Shown: positions 49,530 to 58,509 of the stretch, piece by piece | How the letters are laid out: the number at the start of each line of letters is the position of its first letter | Numbering within the stretch: the stretch's first letter is position 1 | The notes under the pieces: model-generated | What the model saw: the letters and a program-made list of their open reading frames with translations, nothing else | The model's database searches: none | Told to the model about the DNA's origin: nothing | Assembly: GCA_963674595.2 (NCBI GenBank) | Contig: CAXXFV010000023.1 | Location: 886,647 to 950,646, forward strand | Source of the DNA: a bacterium | GTDB lineage: Bacteria > Zhuqueibacterota > Zhuqueibacteria > Residuimicrobiales > Krinioviventaceae | Direction of reading: 5' to 3' | Length of the DNA: 64,000 nt | Position numbers and translations under genes: made by a program

Positions 49530-50555
49530 TCAAATTTTTCGGATCTTAATCTTAAATGCTTTTTGCGGATTTTCCCTCACCAGTGTCCTGATCTCTTCTG
49601 GCGGGTAACCCTCTGTCTCCAGAGCCGGAATAAAAATGGTGAAGAGGAAGTCATAATTTTTAGGCACACTTTTTTCTCCGACCGCGTTGTAGGAATTTCC
49701 GTCATGGGAAAGGAGAACCCGATCCAACAATCCTCTTTTCTTCATCTGGTTCACCAGTTGAAGGTGGGATTCAGCATTCTTTTCACTTACCCCGTCAAAC
49801 TCGATCCATGCGCCCTGGTCAGCAGCCCAGGCCAACGCATCAATATTTTTGACATTCTGGGCATGAACCCAGATCCAGGCACTGGGATCAACCCCTTCTT
49901 CCCTGAGGATTTCAAACTGCTGCTTTACAGCCTCCAGGTTGTCCCCGGTATGAATCGCCATAACCATCCCGGTTTCCAGGTGGGTAATTGCCGCTCCCCG
50001 TACCAGCTTGGCATCAATCTCTGACAGGGGCCCCGGATCAATTCCAATCTTGATAAAACCGGGCCTGATTCCAGTTCCTTTTATCCCGTTTTTAAATTCT
50101 TCTATCCATCTTCGGGCTAATTTCTCCGGAGGTTCTTCATAAGCATGTTCCGGGACATAGCGGTCATCCGCCGCTCCGTAATAGCCGGTATTGGCAATCA
50201 GGTGCAGCCCGCTTTTTTCCGACATGTCTCTCAGGATTCCCGCATCCCTTCCAAAATACCTGGTGGTGCAATCAGCTACAGTCCCACATCCCAGCCCTTT
50301 CAGATATTCCAGATACGGCCGAACCCTTCCGTTTAATATTCGATTGTCATATACCGGATCATCACTGATTTCCGCGCCGAACCTGGACATAATATGCTCA
50401 TGGGGCAGCATTATCCCTGCTTCGGTATGATCAATAGGACCCCTGACAGTCATTATCTTTCCCAAAGGAGAGGTGCTCCCTGAAGCTGAAGTGGTATATG
50501 ATGCCGAGCCGGCCAGGCCGGCACCCGTAATTTTCAGGAAAGTTCTTCTTCTCAT
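49530..50555 (-). CDS. Phosphotriesterase-related amidohydrolase, Tat-exported
   Basis: RRRTFLK Tat signal; MTVRGPI; PHEH; GFIKIG; AIHTG; WVHAQ; LLSHD. Confidence 0.92.
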   Translation of the reverse strand: MRRRTFLKITGAGLAGSASYTTSASGSTSPLGKIMTVRGPIDHTEAGIMLPHEHIMSRFGAEISDDPVYDNRILNGRVRPYLEYLKGLGCGTVADCTTRYFGRDAGILRDMSEKSGLHLIANTGYYGAADDRYVPEHAYEEPPEKLARRWIEEFKNGIKGTGIRPGFIKIGIDPGPLSEIDAKLVRGAAITHLETGMVMAIHTGDNLEAVKQQFEILREEGVDPSAWIWVHAQNVKNIDALAWAADQGAWIEFDGVSEKNAESHLQLVNQMKKRGLLDRVLLSHDGNSYNAVGEKSVPKNYDFLFTIFIPALETEGYPPEEIRTLVRENPQKAFKIKIRKI

Positions 50556-50743
50556 TTCAACCTCCGCCCTTCAAGAATATCAATCACTTAAACAAATCCT
50601 ACTTTATCCAGTGTACGAAAAAAATCAGGGTGATTGGAAAAAAGTGTTTCCCGCATTGATTAAGGAACCCGGATCCTCGGCTGTTTTGTCCAGCCTGAAA
50701 GGGGAATCTGATTTCAAATGCGGTGGAGGATAGATACTTCCGG

Positions 50744-52273
50744 TCATTTCCGCCCGAATAAACCCAATATGGTGTCTTTAAACCAACGTATAGGGTAGGT
50801 GAGCCTCCAGCTGCTGGAATTCAACAGATTTTGTTTATGTCTTCTCTCGGTCCTCAACAGCCTCCTCATTCCGGCTAAAGAGGCTTCAGCTTCCAGTAAT
50901 TCAGCCTTCAGCCTCTTCTCCAGGTGGAACCTCTCACTAAGCAGCTGCTGCTTGAAACCGTCATTTCCAGACTCGAACGTCCCGCCGTAAAAACCCGATT
51001 CATTCCTATAGGGTGAATACCTGTTTATGGCCGGGTTTGATCCGGCCCGGTCTTCAAAACACATATCATTCTCTGGAGCCCGCCTGCCTGTTGAGCAATG
51101 CTGACTTCGGTCCCCGGCCTGGCCATCTTCATGTACACGACTCAACATTGAAGAATCCGAGTATTCTATGCCCGGGAAAAGGGCAGGTATTTCATTCCCC
51201 CTGCAGAACACAAGAATATTCTGCCTGTACCACCATTCAACCTGGTCATTGTCCCAGATTTCAGGCCTGATTATATCCAGGGCCCGATAACCGTGACTAT
51301 CAAACAGGCCGGCCCAGTATTCCGGCCATTGCTCGTTGAGGTGCCGGACCCCGCCCTGGGATGGAACTGCGGCTGAAAAAAGAATCACGTTACTCAACCG
51401 GACAAGTTCAGCAATAAAGCTCTCTGCCCTTCCTGACGGGAGATGTTCAGCCACCTCCAAAGATAATGCCAGGTCGAAAGGTCCATCAACCGGCAGCGGC
51501 AGGTTGAGATCTGCCGGAATAAAGGTATGGGGTTCCAGTTTATAAATTTTTTCAGCCCAGGACCCATCAAGTCCCAGCACGTTATCCGCCCCCAGTGAAC
51601 GGATCACGCTTAGCCAGGCTCCGCTTCCGCATCCGGCATCAATTACCCTTTCAGGCTGAATCCATTTGAATAACAGGGGAATCACGATTTCAGCAGACCT
51701 GAGGCTTCCTTCGTGAATCTTGTCATAAAACTCTTCACCGTATTCATTTTCAAGATAGGCATCAGAACAGCTGACCCTGAAAATTCCGACATTATCCCTC
51801 CACTGCTCCTCCGGGGTGATGTAACTCTCCAGCAGTTCAACCTGGGGAAAAGCTGATGAAAGGGCTTTAAACGCATCCTTTTGAAACCGCCAGCAATCAA
51901 CCGGATGGGGATGGTATGGTCCTTCTGAAGGTACATTCAGATAAATCAGGGCCCCGTCACGGGATACCCTGATCATCTCCGCAAAGGTGTTCCAAAAGGC
52001 CAGGTCATGTTCGAGGCAGGAGGATGAGACGATCACATCAAATGAGTCGTTCTCAAAAGGAAAACCTCCGTCAGGCATGATGAAGTAATTAACATTTTCT
52101 TGCGGGGTGCCCTTGTAATCAAGGCCCACATAATCCCATCCTGATTTTTCAAAACAAGGCTTCAGGGAGCCGTTGACATCATAGCTGCCTACATCCAGAA
52201 CTCTAATCTCAGGCATCCTGGAGAGATACTTTTCGACAAATCTCAATCCATTACTCATCGCGCTGGGATGCAT
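50744..52273 (-). CDS. Tandem class I methyltransferase with C-terminal coiled coil (glycan-capping WbdD-like architecture)
   Basis: MT1 VLDVGSYDVNGS...SSSCLEH; MT2 VIDAGCGSG...SLEVAEHL...AAVPSQGG.RHLNEQW; coiled coil ending SSSWRLTYPIR. Confidence 0.82.
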   Translation of the reverse strand: MHPSAMSNGLRFVEKYLSRMPEIRVLDVGSYDVNGSLKPCFEKSGWDYVGLDYKGTPQENVNYFIMPDGGFPFENDSFDVIVSSSCLEHDLAFWNTFAEMIRVSRDGALIYLNVPSEGPYHPHPVDCWRFQKDAFKALSSAFPQVELLESYITPEEQWRDNVGIFRVSCSDAYLENEYGEEFYDKIHEGSLRSAEIVIPLLFKWIQPERVIDAGCGSGAWLSVIRSLGADNVLGLDGSWAEKIYKLEPHTFIPADLNLPLPVDGPFDLALSLEVAEHLPSGRAESFIAELVRLSNVILFSAAVPSQGGVRHLNEQWPEYWAGLFDSHGYRALDIIRPEIWDNDQVEWWYRQNILVFCRGNEIPALFPGIEYSDSSMLSRVHEDGQAGDRSQHCSTGRRAPENDMCFEDRAGSNPAINRYSPYRNESGFYGGTFESGNDGFKQQLLSERFHLEKRLKAELLEAEASLAGMRRLLRTERRHKQNLLNSSSWRLTYPIRWFKDTILGLFGRK

Positions 52274-52307
52274 CTAACCGTACTCCAAATTTAATTCCAT
52301 GAAATTC

Positions 52308-52335
52308 TTGTCCAAGTACCTGCTCCCGATATAAT
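52308..52335 (+). promoter_or_regulatory. Candidate sigma70 promoter giving a near-leaderless transcript
   Basis: TTGTCC-16 nt-TATAAT, ending 9 nt before ATG 52345; no clear RBS. Confidence 0.4.
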
Positions 52336-52344
52336 AGTCAGGTA

Positions 52345-54588
52345 ATGCAGTCAAAAACAACTTCCAGACTCAACCAGGTCCAGTCCGTTTCCTTTCCCCG
52401 CTCAGGTCATCATCTGCTTGAACACACCCTGTCTGCCTACTTCAGGGCAAAAATATCATGCGATTATTACGAATGCTGCCGTTCCATTCCCTGTGCCAGG
52501 GATTATCCCTTCCGAAAGAACCATGACATGGAGGGAACTCTCCCCAATGATGCCTCGGGAACCTATGTTATCCAGTTGAGGCGCAATCCCCAGGCCCAGT
52601 TCCTGGCTTACTTCAGGTTCTTCAGGCAGCTCTACGCGGAGGGAGACCGTGAGTTTGAAGTGCAGAAATACTTTGATTACTTCATTGGATATTACGATAA
52701 ATATTTCCGCGTTTTCCTGGAAGAGCCGGGCAACAGTGAATCCCACCAGGATTCTTACTCCAGGTTCGTGGCGGATCACCTCGAGTATTACCGGGAATTT
52801 GTTGAAAAATGGCTCCTGTCAAATGCCAACGCCAACACCTACCTGCTGTTCTATGAAGACCTGTTATCCCATCCGGAGGATCATGTATCAAATGTCATAC
52901 GATTGCTCAGGGATGACCACAGGATTGACAAGGCTCATCTATCGAACGTCCTAGCCGCAGAATCAATCGCCCTGAAACACGACCTTACTGAGAGCCCTTT
53001 TCATGATCACTCCTTTAATAAGCACCATAATCTTCCCGAGCTCCATCACTTTCGAAGCGGGCCACTGTTTTCCTTACCCGCTGAAAAAAATCCGGTTGCC
53101 GGCAAACTCCAACGGCGCCTCAAGCCCTTCGGTACACAGGCTGTTCTGCCTACGCGGACAAAGACCGCTGTTTTCATTCTCAATTACAACTTTCCCGAAG
53201 CAACCGACCGCCTTCATGACTTGCTGAGCCCATACCAGGGAAAGGACCATGACCTGTTTGTGCTGGACAATGGATCATCAACCTGGGGGATTGCCGAGTC
53301 CACTACCCACCGGCTCGAAAAAAACCTCTTCTGGGGAGGAGCTCTCAACTGGGCCTTCCGCTTTATTCTCTCGAAAAGACAGTATGACAGCCTTCTATTC
53401 CTTAATAATGACATCTCATTGAACCCTGCCTCCTTTGTATCCAGGCTTCGTCGGGAATTGTTTAATGGAAACTTCCAGCTGATTTCCCCCTGCCTGGCGG
53501 GACCGGCTCAGCCCTGGCCCCAAATGCAGTGTTGGTACACTGGCGCCACGCGCACCGTGAAGTGGATAGATATGCAGGCTCCTCTGTTCCACCGCATGCT
53601 TATTGAGCGCGTCAGCCAGTTCAACTCGAGCCTCGATTATGGATGGGGGCAGGAACTGGTTTGTGCCAGAATTTGCGAAAAAAATTCCTGGTCTACCGGG
53701 GTTGCTGACCATATCTGCATAGAGCACCAGGGAATGGCAACCCTGAAACAGATATCGGGATGGAAAGCAGGCAAAGAAATCAACACTCCCGTCTCACTGG
53801 AGGATTATCATAACAAGGCGCGCTCCAATTATGAAAAACTCGTCAACAGCGATCCTGTGTTCTATGAACCTCTTGTCCAGTGGGGCTGGGATTATGATGG
53901 CTTGCGGGACCACAAGCCGGATAAAGTCGCACCCCAAAGGCCCAACCGGACTGACATAATAAACAGCCTTATCAACAGATTCGATTTCAAAACCTACCTG
54001 GAGATTGGTGTGGCTGATGGCAAAAATTATAATAAGGTTGAAGCGGCAGCCAAAGTGGGAGTTGATCCCAATTCCGCCATGGAGATAGCCAACAAAATTT
54101 CCTCCGACAGCTTCTTTGCATCCCTGGATCCTGAAACTGAATTCGACCTGATATTCGTGGATGGGCTCCATGAAGAGAAACAGGTCCTGAGGGATATACA
54201 CAATTCACTCAAACACCTGGCCAGGGGAGGCTTTATAGTGGTGCATGACTGTAATCCGCTAGTTGAAGCTCAGCAGCTCCCTGGACCCTGTCTCCAGGAA
54301 TGGTGCGGTACTGTCTGGAAAGCCTGGGCTCGGCTGAGGTGTACCAGGCGAGACCTGGAAATGTTTGTAATCGACTCCGACTGGGGTGTTGGGGTGATTC
54401 GAAGAGGCAACCAGGAGCTCTTCCAAGGTGAAATTGAACAATTCGACTGGCGTTTTTTTGACTCCAGCCGGGACAGCCTGTTGAACCTCATTTCACCTGA
54501 AACATTCTTTAACAGCCTGGCCGCATCGGATTCAGCGGTCAGTAATCTTGTATTGCCGGATTATACCCGGAAAACGAACCCTGTCTAA
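52345..54588 (+). CDS. Multidomain sulfotransferase-like + GT2-like glycosyltransferase + class I methyltransferase
   Basis: SFPRSGHH (PAPS-loop-like), LFYEDL; FILNYN...LDNGS...WGGALN...LLFLNND; YLEIGV...DLIFVDGLH...IVVHDC. Confidence 0.78.
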   Translation: MQSKTTSRLNQVQSVSFPRSGHHLLEHTLSAYFRAKISCDYYECCRSIPCARDYPFRKNHDMEGTLPNDASGTYVIQLRRNPQAQFLAYFRFFRQLYAEGDREFEVQKYFDYFIGYYDKYFRVFLEEPGNSESHQDSYSRFVADHLEYYREFVEKWLLSNANANTYLLFYEDLLSHPEDHVSNVIRLLRDDHRIDKAHLSNVLAAESIALKHDLTESPFHDHSFNKHHNLPELHHFRSGPLFSLPAEKNPVAGKLQRRLKPFGTQAVLPTRTKTAVFILNYNFPEATDRLHDLLSPYQGKDHDLFVLDNGSSTWGIAESTTHRLEKNLFWGGALNWAFRFILSKRQYDSLLFLNNDISLNPASFVSRLRRELFNGNFQLISPCLAGPAQPWPQMQCWYTGATRTVKWIDMQAPLFHRMLIERVSQFNSSLDYGWGQELVCARICEKNSWSTGVADHICIEHQGMATLKQISGWKAGKEINTPVSLEDYHNKARSNYEKLVNSDPVFYEPLVQWGWDYDGLRDHKPDKVAPQRPNRTDIINSLINRFDFKTYLEIGVADGKNYNKVEAAAKVGVDPNSAMEIANKISSDSFFASLDPETEFDLIFVDGLHEEKQVLRDIHNSLKHLARGGFIVVHDCNPLVEAQQLPGPCLQEWCGTVWKAWARLRCTRRDLEMFVIDSDWGVGVIRRGNQELFQGEIEQFDWRFFDSSRDSLLNLISPETFFNSLAASDSAVSNLVLPDYTRKTNPV

Positions 54589-54635
54589 GGTGTAAGTGGA
54601 ACCTTTGGGACGGAACCAAAAATCAAAGCTCCATT

Positions 54636-57600
54636 CTACTCCAGCCCGTCAAAAACCGAGGTTTCCTTAGCCGGGACAGGCACAAGGGATTTAACCAGGC
54701 TGAGCTTGCCTTTACGGGCGTGATACACGCCCTGGCTCTGGAAATTCCGGATCACGTACTCGCCGAAATCCAGGCAGGTTCCGTCGGTTCCTTTCAACGG
54801 CTGCTCGGCCACTGTAGCCAGGCTGAGAGTTTCCGGGTAGGACTCACTGGCCAGGACATATAGTTTCTTCGGCTGCCAGGGCTCCAGGCCCAGGCGGGTC
54901 AGCTCCGGCCAATGGTCTTCAGCTCCTCCAGCGGTTTCAAAAGCGGGCAGTCCCGCTCTCCCGGAAACCTTGTGGCCAGGCTTGTCATAGTCGCCGAAAA
55001 CTCCCCCGTGAGTGATAATAATTTCAGGCCGATACGCCCGTATCGCCGCCACCATGTGCCGGACAACGCTTTCTTCACCTTCCCAGAGACGTTCATTGTA
55101 GTGGTAGTAATCACTGCCGTTGTTACCGGTTTCGAACTCGTTAAAATTCGTAGTAGTCCTGACCCCGACCATCCACATGTTGCGGTCATGCTCCAGGTTA
55201 TAGGTTTCCTCGTATTCGCTGCTGTGGGTATCGCTCATAACCCCGGCTTCAACGATGGTCCGCCCCTCGTTGATGCAGTAGTGCGAAAAGAAAGCATTCA
55301 GGTTTATCGGGGCGTCATCCCCATGGGCCAGGAGCACAAGGATATCGGCCTTGGCCCTGTCGCCGCGGGCAGCATCCCAGGAATATCCCCTGTCGGCGGA
55401 AAGCCGGACTTTCTCCCTCTCCCCGGCGATCACAACCTTCCCATCGGCATCGGCCCAAACCGACCTCATCCATTCGGTATCAGGAAGCGGCCGATACGAC
55501 CAGCTGTTACCTCCGTCTTCAGTTACCATCAGGCGGGTTCCCAGTTCCCCCACCGCGTAGCCCAGTTTCGGAGTAGGGAAAATTACCCTTCGCAGGTCCA
55601 TAAGGTCCCTGATTTCCGACTTGAAATAAGTGGCAGAAGGCTTCCAGGATTCCCCTCCGTTGTGAGATATCAGGAGGCTTCCGTTCTGCCCCGCAACGCA
55701 TCCGGTTTCGCCATTGAATGTAATGTCGCGATAGATGGGCTGAAATCCGTATGGCCTCCGGTCGGCGCCCGCATCCAGCGGAGTCCAGGTTCGACCTCCG
55801 TCTTCGGTTTTAATGACAGTTTCCCGCATCCCCACGGCAAAACCCCGATTCCGGTCCCTGAATGTCAATCCATAAAGCCAGTTAATGGTCCCGGTGGTAC
55901 TCAATTCTTTCCAGGTTTTACCGCGGTCCTCGGTCTTCAACAGGATTCCCCGCTCTCCGCAGGCATATCCGGTATCAATATCCACAAAATCCAGGCCGAA
56001 CAGCAGCCTGCCCCGCTCTCCATACTGGCAGGCCCAGGTTTTACCGCCATCTTCAGTGAAATAGATAGCGCCGTATCCACCTCTTTTGTCATGGCGCATG
56101 GATTCATTGGTTTCAGCGATTCTAATCCGGCCTCCGGCGATCCAGCCATGCCGATCATCCACAAAATCAACCCGGTAGAAATCATAGTCACTGTCCAGAT
56201 CCACGCGATTCCAGGATTTTCCCCCGTCCTCGGAACGCAGCACGGTACCCAGGGCCCCTACCGCCCAGCCATTGTTCCCGATAAACTGCAGATCCATTAT
56301 CGGATACCCCCCGCTGACCGGGTGTGGTACAGATTTGTAATACTCAGCTGACTCGATTATGCCCGCCATATTGTCAATTCGGCACAAGGTTTCCTGAGCT
56401 GCCCGCAAGTCTCCTGCTTCACTGAATCGGATTCCTTTTATCAGGGTGTCGAGCTCAGCGGCCTTGCCCGGATAGGATTCATGCAGGGCTGCGACTTTTT
56501 CCTTGACGGCATCCAACCTGTTCTTCATGCCCGCGGCAATCGTCTCCGGATTGATTTCAGGTATTCCTTCGAGGAGTCCAAAGCTTACGGGATTAAGGTA
56601 ATCATTCCCGGTAAATCTCCAGGCCAGCAGTTCGTATCCCCCGTCTTCCAACAGGCGGTTGCGGAAAACATTAAGGCCCCAGCCGTCGGCGGAATCCAGG
56701 GGGAGGTTCAGGGAAGAGATATCAATATTGACCTCAACACCCCAGCCGCTTTCGGTGTCATACAGGTCCACTTCCGCCCTGGGACTCCAGGATCTGGAGG
56801 GGGCTCCGAACCGGTCGTAATGAGTTGCCCTTATGTCGCCGCTGTTATTGACGATGATGTGATAAAAATCCTGGTGAACCTGGTCGGCGTTCCGGTCCCG
56901 GGGCTGGAGGATAATCCAGAAACATTCGTCCTCGAAGACAGCCCGGTCCACAAACACCCCGTTCACCCCGCTCATCTGAGCGGCCATACCTTCGCCCAAA
57001 TCCGACGCGACTGAAGTTTCCCGGGATATTTTTGCTCCTTCAGCCTCCAGCGAAAAACAGAGATTCTCACCGGCCCAGCCAACACGAGCAGCAGCCCGGT
57101 TCATAGCCAGGGGCTCTCCCATGCGGTCCCCGCGGAAAATTTCCGCCCGCGGAATTGAATCCCAAAGATGGGTGTCGGGCTGCTCATTCACCAGGGGTTT
57201 TGATGCCAATGGCTTCACCTGCAGAACACTCCTGTCCCGGAGACTCAAATCAGGCTTCACCTCCTCCATGAAACCAGGCCTCGGCCAGTAATAGGAAACC
57301 AGGCCGGGACGGCGGACCCTGATACCCTGTTCCACGGTGATGCCAATATTGGCGGAGCTTATCCTTGTATCATCGGGCTGAACATTGCTGCCGTGAAAAA
57401 ACTCCAGTCCCCATTTCCATCCCGGATCCGAAAAGACATCGAGTCCTGAGAAGGGAATTATCATTTCAGCGGTCCACGCACTGCCCTTCCTGGCCACAGC
57501 GGTTTTTGAACCTGAATCCCAGGATGTAAAAAAGAATCCATCCAGGAATGGATCAAAATAAGCATCAAATACCGAACCCAGCGGATTTATCGCTATGGTG

Positions 57601-58055
57601 TAGTAATAGCCCCGGGCATGTTTAATATCATCGGGAAGCCAGGGTTTCAGGTCTACCCTTATATGGTCCTCCCCGGTGATTACCGCGTCATCTTCGGTTT
57701 GGGAAGCGTTTATCCCACCAGTTTCATAGACTTCCCAGAACAGGTAGATATTTCGCTTATCATATAGAACCCGGACCTCAGTTTGATCCGTTCCATCCCC
57801 GCCCTTGAAAGGAGTAATTCTTGAGGCTTCCTTCCATTCCAGCTCATCCATATGGCCATCAGGGATTATCTCCAGGCGGGAAAACAACCTGCCCTTTTCA
57901 AACAGTATCCTGCCCGGTTCCGACCTGGCTGATATAAGGCGGTTCCCCCTTACCACCCTGTCCCCTTCGGCAAGATGAGACTGAGCCAGCGGGGTTACCG
58001 GAAGAATTGCAATATATAAAAACAGTGCCGCAATAGAATAAAACCTGTATTTCAC
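54636..58055 (-). CDS. Secreted multidomain protein: CBM9/DOMON-like domains + Ycf48/BNR beta-propeller + PIG-L/LmbE-like deacetylase domain
   Basis: GTG 58055 with GAGGGAG RBS; DG.MDE.EW...VRVLYD...WTAEMIIPF; WGLNVFRN; repeated (S/T)EDGGKTW Asp boxes; LLAHGDD...AAIRAYRPEIIITH..PGH...WQPKKLY. Confidence 0.8.
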   Translation of the reverse strand: MKYRFYSIAALFLYIAILPVTPLAQSHLAEGDRVVRGNRLISARSEPGRILFEKGRLFSRLEIIPDGHMDELEWKEASRITPFKGGDGTDQTEVRVLYDKRNIYLFWEVYETGGINASQTEDDAVITGEDHIRVDLKPWLPDDIKHARGYYYTIAINPLGSVFDAYFDPFLDGFFFTSWDSGSKTAVARKGSAWTAEMIIPFSGLDVFSDPGWKWGLEFFHGSNVQPDDTRISSANIGITVEQGIRVRRPGLVSYYWPRPGFMEEVKPDLSLRDRSVLQVKPLASKPLVNEQPDTHLWDSIPRAEIFRGDRMGEPLAMNRAAARVGWAGENLCFSLEAEGAKISRETSVASDLGEGMAAQMSGVNGVFVDRAVFEDECFWIILQPRDRNADQVHQDFYHIIVNNSGDIRATHYDRFGAPSRSWSPRAEVDLYDTESGWGVEVNIDISSLNLPLDSADGWGLNVFRNRLLEDGGYELLAWRFTGNDYLNPVSFGLLEGIPEINPETIAAGMKNRLDAVKEKVAALHESYPGKAAELDTLIKGIRFSEAGDLRAAQETLCRIDNMAGIIESAEYYKSVPHPVSGGYPIMDLQFIGNNGWAVGALGTVLRSEDGGKSWNRVDLDSDYDFYRVDFVDDRHGWIAGGRIRIAETNESMRHDKRGGYGAIYFTEDGGKTWACQYGERGRLLFGLDFVDIDTGYACGERGILLKTEDRGKTWKELSTTGTINWLYGLTFRDRNRGFAVGMRETVIKTEDGGRTWTPLDAGADRRPYGFQPIYRDITFNGETGCVAGQNGSLLISHNGGESWKPSATYFKSEIRDLMDLRRVIFPTPKLGYAVGELGTRLMVTEDGGNSWSYRPLPDTEWMRSVWADADGKVVIAGEREKVRLSADRGYSWDAARGDRAKADILVLLAHGDDAPINLNAFFSHYCINEGRTIVEAGVMSDTHSSEYEETYNLEHDRNMWMVGVRTTTNFNEFETGNNGSDYYHYNERLWEGEESVVRHMVAAIRAYRPEIIITHGGVFGDYDKPGHKVSGRAGLPAFETAGGAEDHWPELTRLGLEPWQPKKLYVLASESYPETLSLATVAEQPLKGTDGTCLDFGEYVIRNFQSQGVYHARKGKLSLVKSLVPVPAKETSVFDGLE

Positions 58056-58202
58056 GATTTTCTCCCTCGAGTTTACAGATGCCCGATCCAGCATCAAATC
58101 CGCGGTACATGTCCGGCCAATCAAATGACAATCCAGCACCACCCGGCCAAGATTCCGAGCAAAACCGAAAGAGCTCTTCAGAAATCAACCAGGAAGGGTC
58201 TC

Positions 58203-58232
58203 TTGAACATTCGCATCTTCCGGCTATATAAT
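58203..58232 (+). promoter_or_regulatory. Candidate sigma70 promoter upstream of the hybrid kinase
   Basis: TTGAAC-18 nt-TATAAT. Confidence 0.35.
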
Positions 58233-58509
58233 CGAAATCGAGTACTTACCCAATCTGTCTTTACATAATATTACACGGAAAGAAAACATTCTTGAATGTA
58301 AGTATATTTATCCTGAAACTTATCCAGGTTGTCCCAAATCATTGAATAGAATCTCAAGGACAAAACGACCATAAAAAAACAGCCCAGGCCTATAGATCTT
58401 TCGTGATATTCTGCTCTAAGGATGGAGATTAAGAATCAGTTTCACCACATTCGTTTTTCTGTAGTCCCATATTAATTGCACAGGCAGATCCTGGAAAAGG
58501 CATCTTGTA

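Noticed and set aside
54912-56351. 479-aa plus-strand ORF (and similar long antisense ORFs such as 2327-3184 and 22342-23259)
   Set aside because: Antisense shadows of well-supported genes, with no recognisable motifs
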